IMG/VR virus record: IMGVR_UViG_3300042555_002918
Location: 64,001-128,000 of that record
Strand: one strand, 5' to 3'
Origin: a virus
Length of the DNA stretch: 64,000 nucleotides
Part shown: positions 10,501 to 19,284 of the stretch, piece by piece
Numbering within the stretch: position 1 is the first letter of the stretch
How the letters are laid out: the number at the start of each line of letters is the position of its first letter
The notes under the pieces: generated by a model
The model's database searches: none
Seen by the model: only the letters and a program-made list of their open reading frames with translations
Told to the model about the DNA's origin: nothing
Made by a program: the position numbers and the translations under genes

Positions 10501-10927
10501 CAGTCGAGGAACCTGTTTCATCATCGGCTTGTACATAATCAACGAATAGCCGGACCTCTCCAAGCTCATCTGCAATCTTGTAACCAATTACTCTCGCCTT
10601 GACGCCAAGAGGAGCGCTTGTGGAGACTATTTCTCTATTGAGCCATAAGTTCTTAATTGCATCTTCGCTGGCTGGGCTAGTTGACCTGCTTAGCTTTATA
10701 GATCCAACGTTATTTCGGTAGGTTACGGCGTTATTCGTTCCGGGAAGGACTTGTGCTCCATTTTCGAACAAATGGGCACCAACTCGCTCGATCTGCTTCT
10801 GGATCTGCTCCTGAAGATCGTTCCATTCGCGAGCCTGAATAGGGCGCCCGGGTCTAGCAAGGATTCGGTAATATTTCTGTGCCTCGTCAAATGTGGAGAA
10901 ATATGGAGGCTTCTTAATGTCTACCAT
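4547..10927 (-). CDS. Large virion structural protein, VrlC/DUF4815-like
   Basis: PYFSTFDE..YYRILARPGRPIQARE, APGADRL, LARRTYDESGDY, RYTMKDIGKIESR, DRFKNGFLVDNF, DPIAQSF. Confidence 0.85.
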   Translation of the reverse strand: MVDIKKPPYFSTFDEAQKYYRILARPGRPIQAREWNDLQEQIQKQIERVGAHLFENGAQVLPGTNNAVTYRNNVGSIKLSRSTSPASEDAIKNLWLNREIVSTSAPLGVKARVIGYKIADELGEVRLFVDYVQADDETGSSTEFLPGQAVQTVENVPVSAVVSSDVTAVGRISGVFIKKSVYFFNGDFILVDEQSTFIEPITPSVQSAWTNTPTAKIGLSVVRAIVTSVGDEGLGDNATETDSFGAPGADRLHISANLEQRDYNEQNDGQFIELVRVSDGIVQEKVSKTEYSVIEDTLARRTYDESGDYTVKDFPLVVRPYLKTSDNGGVHTRAEFQFDTQEEAETAAEKLFGVRAACVDPELESKWLPASSNSEFLRLTDGKLTLQIDPGKAYVKGYEIEKLAPSYVDIDKARTLRFQNNRTVNTNLGTYVFVTNMYGAPQIEEYELVEIHRARKTSVSDTSPNARIGTARILAVEYFSGTHGDSSAVYKLYLFDVKADAGFDLSQMKSIVSTTGLSFSADMVLEFTTLEGSVEKATGDDISGFGTSFVNKASQKLSPYDCIRVGNLNSQIYQVEAVGSDTSVTLTTTPTFTGNLSVEFAYAPFYGLQDAKGLLFPLPESFSYTLRSANSDNSIADSVIDTVFTVRRHFTAVADGAGCVTIQTTLADEEFEAFSPNDYIVIDVNTTDWIRLTSGNSYNDTFSTAGVDVVSASQVKIYANPLSAGNTFYIIASVRKTQGYASKEKSKTAIRGTFILGEYSGPVAVSDAQRSDLGEVSLGVADIFKVTRIVMSPDFGTEPSSLQVLPAGHKDVTERYLLDNGQTDYFYGIGSVYLKPGAERPIGRVRVEFDYFTHGAQGAYFSVDSYPFKGSDIQMNYSEIPSYTDSSGRMYELRDCVDFRPRLNSDGTFANTIEVPRSNIRLDFHHYLNRVDNLYLDRFGNFRVQKGTPDVIPLSPEEPGDSMSLYHLDIQAYTATPDECFRRKIENRRYTMKDIGKIESRVSNLEYYTLLSLLEKEAKELTIQDAQGLDRFKNGFLVDNFKSFDVSDVGNAEFRSSIDATKEELRPSVCQKHVELIEKNLLETNEVTRGQKRSADNYTRTGKLYTLPYTPQKFVEQELASQIENINPYAKFTFRGRIKLDPSTDSWRDTETLPVLTVSDDSAFQAAQAGVNPNNVMWGEWENGWAHKDVDKKRLPDVVKYGPNTPDAFHSKNWPRYRTKTTKFTTTTTTTSIRKGISESVVDKGIKTQSLGKRVVQTIAADYMRARTIKVEALGFMPGSVLYAFFNDEPVGQYCNPKGAGLGQPIRADDTGAVDLIFELPAKKFLTGERIFKLTTSASNEKNPQPASEGEAKYYAVGWIDQVQETELAIRQFEVQRTEVTDVDVKVSVTEQTKTKVVREDPIAQSFAVTEKGGCFLLAVDVYFFSKDTKVPVKLQVRPLSNDGYPTNLILPFGEVVKPANDVITNTVDLKNGKMTVTGNGTVAGYTVGPWNGSTSNPVQIQRVGNKSGRAIPNGSAIDIQDVPNDMIPTRFVFESPIFLQENNDYAIVLLADSIKYHVWISQAGPITVTPKEDQPVFGKDINTIIGTNKPILKDNFLNGVFFKSSNGTTWNADQLIDMKFALHKASFTTNTTGTIEYVNAELPFVSLVSDPIVTKEGSTKIKVLHKNHGHPAFASPAPRVVLRNITTGNGIDLNLLTRSEGWPIESIELDSYVIDVSGSGTATKSGRTGGTTAEASDQVSMDSMFLNLNQLEFPDTDLYWTYSSTNGGNVSFPDPNPKAAPFVVNSFRDVPANTTIDFTNPMTISSKINEHNSTDSVVGPSKVTSNGLGDRKSFRVKAVLRSNNSNLSPVLDADRLSAIAISNRINSPAGTGQLSMNTSLDLLQVVPTTESPAVSSTQNLIFFYSDSEGINKGRFYTNNASIAQHLSKLDVGKLVSISGAAVSSRNCTDVRVLEVSYKPGQTPLISVVLDTTFSGSSSLDANAVTITQKDNFVDEIAPQGGSAAFKYVTKQLTLARQSTALKISFDANRHVSNEIEVYYKVARTDSQVSVDDVNWTKAEFNLEQGGDLVAAYPAPNALDDQVSEYSATVNNLPPFTGVVVKLVGKGGNSAKPPRISNLKVIALDE

Positions 10928-10932
10928 AGAAC

Positions 10933-12642
10933 CTAAAACTTAATAACCGCACGAAGGATTTCAGTCTGATTAGGAGCGCGAAGGACCGCTCTTCTATTGT
11001 CTATATAGAGAATGTCACCAGACAGCGGATCAATCTCTGAGGAGATCAAGCCACCGACGGTCACCACTGCTGATGCATTGCTCGAATCTCCTCTAATAGA
11101 CATCCCACCCTGAAATGGGACATACCCGGTAGAGGCATCCTGATAGTAATGTATGGTTGCATCAGTGGAGCCTGGGCCTTCAACGATAGCGATGATCCGA
11201 GCCGTGGTCGTGACAGTTCCTATTGTCCCGGTAATGGCCTCATCTGGTTGAAATGCACCTCCAGCTCCGGCTGACACGTTGGAAAGCATTAGTCCTTTGC
11301 TAGCTCTCAAGGTTTGGCTATTAGCTAGTTGCCCAGCAGATGAATTTACATCTCGGATAAGTCCAATTTGGCGGTAATCATTGGAAAGTGGAAAGTCTCC
11401 CGAACCATCATCAAACGGCAGGCGAGCCACAATCATCACATAACAAGCGTTCAATTCCCGCTCGATGTCAGCTCCATGACCCTTGATTGGGGAAACCTGA
11501 GGAGCGACTATAGCTGGAGTGCCTGTCGTACCACCCGAAATTTCAGCAGTGGCATGGGTGTAACCAACGCCCGCATCAACAGGAACGACTTTGGAAATTT
11601 TCTTGGTCAAGGAATCGACATACGCTTTTGCGGTGGCGCCGGTGCCATTCCCTGTTACGATTACCCGAGGTAATATTTCAAAGGTAGTGCCTGCTGCAAC
11701 GTCCCAAGTACCGTTTATGGTAATTGTGCGACTTGATGCAGTGTAAGCCTGTACTAGAAATGGGCCAGATGGGAAGCCGACGCCTCCTGTAATCCAGACG
11801 TGGCATCCGACGTAGGCCCCATCAATTATTGCAAGTCCTTCAACTAGTGGGAGAACTGCTGAACTTGTACCTGCGTCATCAAAAGCGCCCGAAAGTACGT
11901 TTACATATCCATTTCCAAGGGATGGAAGTAGATAGGAATCGATTGACCCCGGCGTAGCCGTCGCCTGAACATCTGACTGGTTTGAAAGGTCATTTTCAGT
12001 AAGGGTTTTAACTGGTAGCCACTGGTTTGTTAAAAAATTCTGAGTCTGCGAGTTCGTTACCGTCGCCAGATACTTCCAGACGTACCCATCAACAGTTGAA
12101 ATGGTATACGGAGGGTTCAATGGCAAGGTTGGCTTAACGATGCTCTTTGCTCCGTTATTGTTCGAGAGGCACTTAAAGATGTGGTACTCATCTGTAATAA
12201 CGTAGTGACTTCCGGCGGAATAGCTTCCATCAACGTTAGCTACTTGAATCTCCTCCTGGGTTGGGTGGTTAAAAAGAACCGGGTCGGCCACATTGTACGG
12301 GGCATACACGGTGTTTCCCGACTCGTCCCAGTTGTAGCGACGAACAACCAGAGTAGCATCAACATCACGAATCTTTTTTAGAGCAATCATGTGCTCTCGT
12401 GCTTCAAGGTCCTCTCGCACTGAGTTTTGAGGAGTGGGAGGCGATGTTTCAGAAACCACAGGGTCTCCTACGAGATTCGTAGGCCACTCCTTAGTGCGTC
12501 CAATGAAGATGTAGTGATTCCGATCCACCTTATGCGAACCGTCCTCTGCCGTTTGTGGCGGTGTAATAGGATGGTTTACCAGATTTTCAATGAAATCTTG
12601 GGCGTTTCGGAGCCTTAGATTTGGGGTAAGTTTAGCCGTCAT
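10933..12642 (-). CDS. gp8: Baseplate wedge subunit
   Basis: YIFIGRTKEW, RRYNW, FKCLSNNNG, DGYVWKYL, GDILYIDNR. Confidence 0.85.
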   Translation of the reverse strand: MTAKLTPNLRLRNAQDFIENLVNHPITPPQTAEDGSHKVDRNHYIFIGRTKEWPTNLVGDPVVSETSPPTPQNSVREDLEAREHMIALKKIRDVDATLVVRRYNWDESGNTVYAPYNVADPVLFNHPTQEEIQVANVDGSYSAGSHYVITDEYHIFKCLSNNNGAKSIVKPTLPLNPPYTISTVDGYVWKYLATVTNSQTQNFLTNQWLPVKTLTENDLSNQSDVQATATPGSIDSYLLPSLGNGYVNVLSGAFDDAGTSSAVLPLVEGLAIIDGAYVGCHVWITGGVGFPSGPFLVQAYTASSRTITINGTWDVAAGTTFEILPRVIVTGNGTGATAKAYVDSLTKKISKVVPVDAGVGYTHATAEISGGTTGTPAIVAPQVSPIKGHGADIERELNACYVMIVARLPFDDGSGDFPLSNDYRQIGLIRDVNSSAGQLANSQTLRASKGLMLSNVSAGAGGAFQPDEAITGTIGTVTTTARIIAIVEGPGSTDATIHYYQDASTGYVPFQGGMSIRGDSSNASAVVTVGGLISSEIDPLSGDILYIDNRRAVLRAPNQTEILRAVIKF

Positions 12643-12677
12643 TATTCTCTAGCACCGGATGAAGCGATTCAGACTGA

Positions 12678-12685
12678 TATTTATA
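12678..12685 (-). promoter_or_regulatory. T4-type late promoter for the gp8 operon
   Basis: TATAAATA on - strand. Confidence 0.75.
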
Positions 12686-12738
12686 GGGCATCTCACGGCT
12701 GTATTTGTGAAATTCTCCCTATGAACTTCATGGTAGCC

Positions 12739-12814
12739 ATCCTAACGAATTGCAAAGTTCGTTGAGCATTACCTTTTGGGGTAATGGGAGAGAGTGTGCG
12801 GAAAGTGTCACCAT
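12739..12814. promoter_or_regulatory. Back-to-back pair of GGTAATG-class promoters
   Basis: - strand GGTAATGCTCAAC-N16-TAGGAT (12773-12739); + strand GGTAATGGGAGAG-N16-CACCAT (12780-12814). Confidence 0.6.
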
Positions 12815-12820
12815 GGGACC

Positions 12821-13378
12821 ATGGCAATATGGTTCATCTCAGATACGCATTTTGGGCATAAAAACATCATCCGATATTGCAATCGTCCCTTTAAAGACAT
12901 TGAGGAGCAGACCGAGGAAATTGTTAAAAATTGGAACGCGGTGGTTTCAGCCAGGGACCACGTGTTTCACCTAGGGGATGTGGGATACGGATCTCCTCAA
13001 TATTTATATCGAGTGCTAGAGCGGCTTAATGGAAAGATTTATCTGATTAAGGGGAATCACGATTCTGCCGTTATTAGGAACCCGGCATCTCAGCGATTTG
13101 AGTGGATCAGGGATACTCATCTCTTTAAGGCTCAAGTGACAGGAAAGACTTACAGGTTATTCCTATCGCACTACCCACACCGAAGTTGGCCTGAATCAAA
13201 CCGGGGATCATTTCATCTTTTTGGGCATACCCACGGCAACATGGCTCCCTACGGACTATCATTTGACGTAGGAGTAGACAGTAACAACTATAAGCCACTA
13301 AGCCTTGAACAAGTGGCCGAACGGATGTCACACATGGCTATTGAGTTAGACTATGCTCAGAGGAAGCCCAACTCCTAA
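12821..13378 (+). CDS. Calcineurin-like metallophosphoesterase
   Basis: SDTHFGH, HLGD, KGNHD, SHYP, FGHTH, DVGVD; likely start MAIWF at 12821. Confidence 0.9.
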   Translation: MAIWFISDTHFGHKNIIRYCNRPFKDIEEQTEEIVKNWNAVVSARDHVFHLGDVGYGSPQYLYRVLERLNGKIYLIKGNHDSAVIRNPASQRFEWIRDTHLFKAQVTGKTYRLFLSHYPHRSWPESNRGSFHLFGHTHGNMAPYGLSFDVGVDSNNYKPLSLEQVAERMSHMAIELDYAQRKPNS

Positions 13379-13383
13379 CTAAA

Positions 13384-15084
13384 CTACCCAACCTCTTGGG
13401 TGATGTCGGTCTCTGGTATGAAGTCAATCTGCTCTTTACCGGCAAATGCAATCTGGCTAAGCGGCACAGTTGCAAACGCTTTGAGTGGGGTATTAGCGTA
13501 CATATTGTAGTACCCCTCCTGAACCATACCAGCGTTTCGGTCTCCGTAGGCCGAGGTAGGCCGATAGTCAATCTTCCACGCTTCCCAGTCGTTCCACGTT
13601 GGTCCAAGAGATAGCGAAGTCGAATCAAAAGATGAATCTTCCTCAAAAATCTCAACAATTGTTTCCGCCTCTGGGAGCATGGTCCCACTAAGAGTAAGCC
13701 CCTCTCCGGTTTGTTCATGTACTACATCGAGCTCGTTGTAAATCTCCACTGCCGTAGCAACTGAACGGTCGAGCGATTCCGGGATATCACAAGACGCATC
13801 AAGAACGGACTCCGTCGATACCTCGGAGAAAAAGATAAACCCTGCGGGATGAACGAGCTTCTGAACTATGGTTTCATACTTATCCCGACTCTCTTGGGAT
13901 TTAACAACATAGCTATATTGCTGATAGTAATACCCATCCTGAATCCGCTTTCCGCTCGAAAACATTCCATCAGAGTTTAAAAAGTATCCAGGATACTTCG
14001 CTGTGACATCAAATTCGACAACTGCAGAGGCTCCCTCTGTCACTCCCTCGTAGTCCACGAACGTGACCGTTGTGCTTTCTGGGCGATAGCCTGCGCCAAA
14101 TTGGTATATCTGTATTGCCTCTACCTCACCAAAGGTTCCAACCGACGATATACGGGCCTTGCAGTTAAAGCCATCACCAACGATGTGAACCTCCTGCCCA
14201 ACTTCGTATCCCTTACCCTTCTTGAGGATTTTAACCTTTGATACTAAAGGAATAGCCCGCAGCTTACATGTCTCGGATTCATCCTTGATTGTCTCATCAG
14301 GCTGAAACTTTCCGACAATCGATGAGCGATTGAGAAATAACTCGTAGGTAGAAATGCTGCCATCCTGGACGAACAGGATCTTCTCGACAAAAGCGCTTGA
14401 TTTGCTTGAAGCTCCAATTATGCGGTTACCTATTAGCTTTGTCGGGTCCCCCTCCATCCGAACACACTTGATTGTTTTGTCCTGTACCCATTTGGCATCC
14501 GAAAACCGCAGAATGTCGACTCTGGGGTAATAGAACTCAACATCCTGTCCAAAGAACACACGGAACAAAAACTTGAAAGACTTCTCTGACCCCTTCGCCA
14601 GATAGAAATTCCTAATATTCTTAATCAACGACGCTGGGGAAAGTGCCGTGTTTCGGGGAAACGATGGTGCATACTCTCGAAAAAAGTACTCAAGAAGTTC
14701 AGTCGTAGTTGTGTCAACGTCCTGAACGGTCAGAAGCCTTCTTAGGAAATGTAAAGGGCCTTCGGCTTTTTCGGTAAACCGGTAGTACTCCCTCATAAAG
14801 TTTAGGAACTCCCGATGTTCATCCTGAATGAACGATGGGACCTGAAATTCAATTTGAGGGTGTACTTCCCGTACCGCGCTGGTCGTATAGAATGACGGGA
14901 CACCAAACTTTTGTTGTTTGTTGGTTATTGAACGTCCGCCCAAATTGATGTGACCAACAGCAGGCGTGCTGACGAAAGCCTGGTTTACAATACTTGGAGC
15001 ACCTACATAGAGTGTACCTTGCCGTACAGTCGGATTTCCGACTTTTGCTGCATTTGCCAGACTGGGGGTAAAGATATTCGACAT
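13384..15084 (-). CDS. Baseplate wedge subunit, gp7-like
   Basis: LIKNIRNFYLAKGSEKSFKFLFR, IQDGYYYQQYSYV, LVHPAG; lies between gp6 and gp8. Confidence 0.75.
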   Translation of the reverse strand: MSNIFTPSLANAAKVGNPTVRQGTLYVGAPSIVNQAFVSTPAVGHINLGGRSITNKQQKFGVPSFYTTSAVREVHPQIEFQVPSFIQDEHREFLNFMREYYRFTEKAEGPLHFLRRLLTVQDVDTTTTELLEYFFREYAPSFPRNTALSPASLIKNIRNFYLAKGSEKSFKFLFRVFFGQDVEFYYPRVDILRFSDAKWVQDKTIKCVRMEGDPTKLIGNRIIGASSKSSAFVEKILFVQDGSISTYELFLNRSSIVGKFQPDETIKDESETCKLRAIPLVSKVKILKKGKGYEVGQEVHIVGDGFNCKARISSVGTFGEVEAIQIYQFGAGYRPESTTVTFVDYEGVTEGASAVVEFDVTAKYPGYFLNSDGMFSSGKRIQDGYYYQQYSYVVKSQESRDKYETIVQKLVHPAGFIFFSEVSTESVLDASCDIPESLDRSVATAVEIYNELDVVHEQTGEGLTLSGTMLPEAETIVEIFEEDSSFDSTSLSLGPTWNDWEAWKIDYRPTSAYGDRNAGMVQEGYYNMYANTPLKAFATVPLSQIAFAGKEQIDFIPETDITQEVG

Positions 15085-15158
15085 GAGGAGGTCTCTTAAT
15101 TACCCGTTATTTATTAGTGCCAAAACCGGGTAACGTCTCGATAGCAAAAGAGACCGCA

Positions 15159-16199
15159 CTATCCTTCCCATGCCTGAGGGTCGATCTTTTGTCGGTTGGC
15201 CTTATACTCCGCCGCCAAATGTTCCATTCGGTCCTTTATTTGGTCAGGGCTACTCAGCTTTTGAATCTCTTTGATGTGGTCGATCAACCAGCTTATAGAA
15301 ACCTCAGACTCAGGAAAGGTGACAACTGTCGATAAAGAAGCGACTCGGCGCGACTTTTGGTAAACCCCGTTAATTCCCCAACCTGCTGTTCGCATAAACA
15401 CGTTTCGATAAAGGGTCAGCTTCATACCATCGGCATGAGGCAGAGGAATAAAAAGCCAATCATCTCTAAACTCAGCATGAAGCTCCTTTTGGAATGAGAG
15501 GATGGCGTCCTTCTTTGCAAACTTTGACGGCTTACCGTCTTTCTTTTTCCCAAGCTTTTTAGCCGGGAACAATGCCTCGGGATTAGTGAGTACGCTGAAA
15601 TCATGCTCAAACCTATAATTCTGCTGTGCAAGCTTAATCTTCCGCCGGTTATGGAGAATGGAAGTTGCGACATACATGTTTATGCCGAAGGCTCCATGGG
15701 AAAGTCCGTGGTTGTGTCTTTCTACTGCGCTCACGTTGATGCGCAAGTCAAGGACAGTGCTGCGCGTATGATTCGCAAACTCAGCACTTAAAGAGGCATA
15801 GGTGTCCTCAACGTTTTCCTTTATTTGAACTGAAAACTCTTGGCCGAAGATAGCTTTGAAGTGATTGGTAAATGCGTGGATGTTCAGCACCTGCTTAACC
15901 TTTCCAAGAGCGGACACAAGGAAAATTCGGTCCTGCTCTCGGCTCCTGTGATACTGAGCCATTCTATCCTCAGGGCTTACGTGAGTTCCGCCCAAAATGT
16001 TGCTCAACTTGTCGTAGGCAACATTGATCTTCTTCATGATGGAGACGTCACCGCCCTTGTCTGGGTGATGAAGGATAGCCATCTTTTTATATGCGGCTTT
16101 GAGCTCGTCTGCCGTATAGCTCCCAGTAAGGCCCAGAAGATGCTGAGCATCTTGTACAGTCATTTGGCTTTCGTTAAGGTACTCTTGAAAAGTCTTCAT
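15159..16199 (-). CDS. J-domain (DnaJ-type) protein with capsid-targeting-like N-terminus
   Basis: MKTFQEYLNE, then LKAAYKKMAILHHPDKGG...INVAYDKL with intact HPD. Confidence 0.8.
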   Translation of the reverse strand: MKTFQEYLNESQMTVQDAQHLLGLTGSYTADELKAAYKKMAILHHPDKGGDVSIMKKINVAYDKLSNILGGTHVSPEDRMAQYHRSREQDRIFLVSALGKVKQVLNIHAFTNHFKAIFGQEFSVQIKENVEDTYASLSAEFANHTRSTVLDLRINVSAVERHNHGLSHGAFGINMYVATSILHNRRKIKLAQQNYRFEHDFSVLTNPEALFPAKKLGKKKDGKPSKFAKKDAILSFQKELHAEFRDDWLFIPLPHADGMKLTLYRNVFMRTAGWGINGVYQKSRRVASLSTVVTFPESEVSISWLIDHIKEIQKLSSPDQIKDRMEHLAAEYKANRQKIDPQAWEG

Positions 16200-16287
16200 G
16201 CTAACGCCCCTTCAACTACAAGGGTCCTATCGTCCGGCTTCAAACAAAGCTTAACATTTTTAGCTGAAATTTTTCAAGATTGCTTAA

Positions 16288-18090
16288 CTAAGCAGTTTCA
16301 TTGAGCATATCGATAGCGTCTACGTAGACTCGAATGTCACCTGGCTCTAGCAGCAAAATCGATTCTCTCGGGGTATAAATGTCCTGATACAGCGGCTTTG
16401 CGACGATCTCGATGAAGTCTTGGCCTAGGATGCCCTGGACGTCCAGCGCATCTATGACGACCGTACCGGTGTCGTAATCAACAGACCCGATGCCCGGCTG
16501 AATGACGACCTTTTTGCTGTCAACGATACGGTACAAGTAGAGGGAACCCTGACCGTTATCTCCGATATACGTGGTCACTCCGCGATATACGTAGCCGGTT
16601 GAGGTTATAGCGCTTTCGCTGTTTGCGCTATCTCCCCTGTCGAGCTTGTTGTGGAATTTAAGCTCAAACCGGCTTGGGCTGTTGAACGCTGGGTAGATCC
16701 GTTTTTTGAGCTCTATTCGCGTGAGGTTTCCAGTTATCGATCGATCAACTGAATCAATAGTAGCCACTAGCTTTGAGAACGAGAAATCAGCATCAAAGCC
16801 GTTAAGCACTTTGATTTTGTAGCTCACTATCTCATCATAGACGGCCTTCTTGATGTCAGTAGCCTTGAGAGTTGTCGTCTTTCCCTTAAACTTAACTAAA
16901 GATGTGGTTACCATGTAGAGATAGTCTGGATCTACTACCTTTACCTCGACGGCAATTACATTCCTTTCCCGAAGAAGCCTATTTGTAATTGATGCCTTTT
17001 GGTCTGCAGACAGTCGACTTCCTGTCTTTGGCTTAATAGCGGCGTAAACCTTGCCGAAGTCTGGGGGGATGGTCTCCTCTCCCCCCCATACCCTCACAAA
17101 TTCAACGTTTGGGTTGTCTTTGCGAATGATTGCCTCGTAATCGTTCTTAGTTACTGCGCGGTCTTGTGCTTCATAGAGAAGAGGAGCGAGGAACTTAATT
17201 GAGTCATTTGACTCCCTTTCGCTTCCTCCGGTTGCCGGATCAAGGGTAGTAATCTTGACTCCATTGTAACCGGTTGCCTTTTCTGCCCTAGAGAATGTTT
17301 TGATTCCGTTAGCCTCTAAGCCACTTGTGACAACGTATTCAACAATGACAATATTACCGGTCTGTGGTTGCACCCCAAGAATTTCCTCTCCAAAATACAC
17401 CTCATAGAGACCGTTTTGATTTTCTTGAATAAAGTATACAAGAGAATCTTGATTGAGGACGTTTATGTTGGTTGCGGGCGAGAAGACTTTGATAGCAGAT
17501 GATGCCGCCGAATCCTTTACCTTTACCGAAAGAGTCGTAATGTCGACGTTCTTGTTTGGGATTTCAAATCGTTGCTTTGTGGGTGAATTTCTATCCACCA
17601 CAAACTGCACTTTGAGTCGCTTACCTTCAATTAGGACAACGTCCTCAACGTAGCTTCCACTGGCATCCGCCTCGATTATATATGAACGGTCTGGGCTAAA
17701 AACGTAAGACTTCCCGTCGAGGTACGATGTAAACTCGTCAGTTTGATTTAAACGTACAAACGGTGGATTTGGGTCAAGCGGACCTTTAGTTGTGTCGATT
17801 TCAAGTCGGATTTTTGCTCGTGCGCATTTGGCAGAAGACGGGATGTATCCGACCGTCTTTGCTCTTGAGGTAACACTAGACCTGAGTTGTGCCGAGTCCA
17901 GGAACATCTCAGCGCCTACCATATTTAAGTAGAACGCATTGTATGAAGTATTGTATGCCAGAAGAGAGAGAATCTGTTGGATTCCGCTAGCTTCGAAATC
18001 AAAGTCTTGAAACTCCTTAAGAGTTTTCAAGTGCTGCTTAAGCGACTCTTTAATCTGGAGGTAATCGAGGTTTTTGAAATTGGTCGCCAT
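16288..18090 (-). CDS. gp6: Baseplate wedge subunit
   Basis: DFDFEASG, LAYNTSYNAFY, FLDSAQLRSSV, QDRAVTKNDY, VWGGEE. Confidence 0.92.
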   Translation of the reverse strand: MATNFKNLDYLQIKESLKQHLKTLKEFQDFDFEASGIQQILSLLAYNTSYNAFYLNMVGAEMFLDSAQLRSSVTSRAKTVGYIPSSAKCARAKIRLEIDTTKGPLDPNPPFVRLNQTDEFTSYLDGKSYVFSPDRSYIIEADASGSYVEDVVLIEGKRLKVQFVVDRNSPTKQRFEIPNKNVDITTLSVKVKDSAASSAIKVFSPATNINVLNQDSLVYFIQENQNGLYEVYFGEEILGVQPQTGNIVIVEYVVTSGLEANGIKTFSRAEKATGYNGVKITTLDPATGGSERESNDSIKFLAPLLYEAQDRAVTKNDYEAIIRKDNPNVEFVRVWGGEETIPPDFGKVYAAIKPKTGSRLSADQKASITNRLLRERNVIAVEVKVVDPDYLYMVTTSLVKFKGKTTTLKATDIKKAVYDEIVSYKIKVLNGFDADFSFSKLVATIDSVDRSITGNLTRIELKKRIYPAFNSPSRFELKFHNKLDRGDSANSESAITSTGYVYRGVTTYIGDNGQGSLYLYRIVDSKKVVIQPGIGSVDYDTGTVVIDALDVQGILGQDFIEIVAKPLYQDIYTPRESILLLEPGDIRVYVDAIDMLNETA

Positions 18091-18099
18091 GACGGTTAT

Positions 18100-18492
18100 T
18101 TATCGGACTCTTTCCATAAATGTTGTAACGGTCTCAAGCACCGAGAGCGAATCGACAACGAACGATAGGTACACCTCATATCCGTTGCGATCCGGGCTAC
18201 CTGTAACCTTTAGGTCAACGACGGTAACTCTCGGTTCATATCGAGAGATGGCACCTCTTATTTGCATCGTGATGGACTGCTCTGTAAGAGGGTTGATGTC
18301 TTCGAAAAGTAGCTGCCGAAGGTTTGCCCCAATATCAGGCTCGAACGGTCGATCGTACTTACCCATGTAGAGGAGGTTTCTCAGGGAGCGCTTGACTGCC
18401 TCTACGTCACGAAGGACAGAAATATCCCCGGTCACTGGATGCGGAACGAATGTTAGGTCAATATCTGTGTACTTCTTGGTTGTGGTTGGCAT
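18100..18492 (-). CDS. gp25: Baseplate wedge subunit
   Basis: YTDIDLTF..HPVTGD, AVKRSLRNLL, RPFEPDIG, YEPRV. Confidence 0.92.
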   Translation of the reverse strand: MPTTTKKYTDIDLTFVPHPVTGDISVLRDVEAVKRSLRNLLYMGKYDRPFEPDIGANLRQLLFEDINPLTEQSITMQIRGAISRYEPRVTVVDLKVTGSPDRNGYEVYLSFVVDSLSVLETVTTFMERVR

Positions 18493-18532
18493 GTTGTCTA
18501 TTTATGCCTTAGCCACACGAGGGGCTTTGATA

Positions 18533-18853
18533 TCACCGCTCTTCCTTTGGTGAGGCCTCATCTTTACCCTCATAGTACTGGCGGTACTCTTCTAGGGTCT
18601 GCCGTTGCATAGCCATATAATGAAGAATGTCGGTCATGTTCAATGATAGATTCTTGTACCCCGCTTCCGTAAGAGCAAAGAAGACTATAACTTTTCCACT
18701 TTCGTCTTCCACTGGGACTACCACCCATTTCACTGGTTTTAGTGTCAGAGGCTGTGGATCTGGTAGAGCTAAGGGCTCTCTTGGCTGAACCGTAGTAACG
18801 CAACCAGACAGTCCCACAAGGATTGCTAAAAAGATTTTTTTAACCGGCATCAT
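18533..18853 (-). CDS. Putative o-spanin (Rz1-like lipoprotein)
   Basis: Lipobox LSGC, Pro-rich segment, directly after the i-spanin candidate. Confidence 0.7.
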   Translation of the reverse strand: MMPVKKIFLAILVGLSGCVTTVQPREPLALPDPQPLTLKPVKWVVVPVEDESGKVIVFFALTEAGYKNLSLNMTDILHYMAMQRQTLEEYRQYYEGKDEASPKEER

Positions 18854-18854
18854 A

Positions 18855-19271
18855 TTAACAACCTCCCCCCCGAGTTACCGACTCGAAGCACTTAAACACC
18901 TTCTCCGTTCCATTATTAACTGCTTTTTCAACCATCCTAGGATGTCGGCGAGCAATCTTGGACAAGTCATGTTTGATGAGCTTTTCAGCAAGCTCTCGGC
19001 GCTGCTTTTCAAGCTCCTGGGATTTCTTTGAGAGGTCGTCTCTAGCCGAAGAGATATCTTCAACGTCTCTCTTTAACTGAGCAACGTGCGCTTGAGCCTC
19101 AGCCAAATCGCGCTTTGTAGCAGCTAGTTCATTTCGAAGATTGAAAAAGCCGATAACAAAGTAGAGTACAGTGATGGTTGCTAACGCAATAACAATGGCT
19201 TTGATATTGGTTACTATAAAAACGTATGCGTTGGTCGAGTACCCAATAAGCTTAAGTAACGTTTCAATCAT
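18855..19271 (-). CDS. Putative i-spanin (Rz-like)
   Basis: N-terminal TM helix, long coiled coil, C-terminal cysteines; start MIETL. Confidence 0.7.
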   Translation of the reverse strand: MIETLLKLIGYSTNAYVFIVTNIKAIVIALATITVLYFVIGFFNLRNELAATKRDLAEAQAHVAQLKRDVEDISSARDDLSKKSQELEKQRRELAEKLIKHDLSKIARRHPRMVEKAVNNGTEKVFKCFESVTRGGGC

Positions 19272-19284
19272 GATCCTTTCCTTA

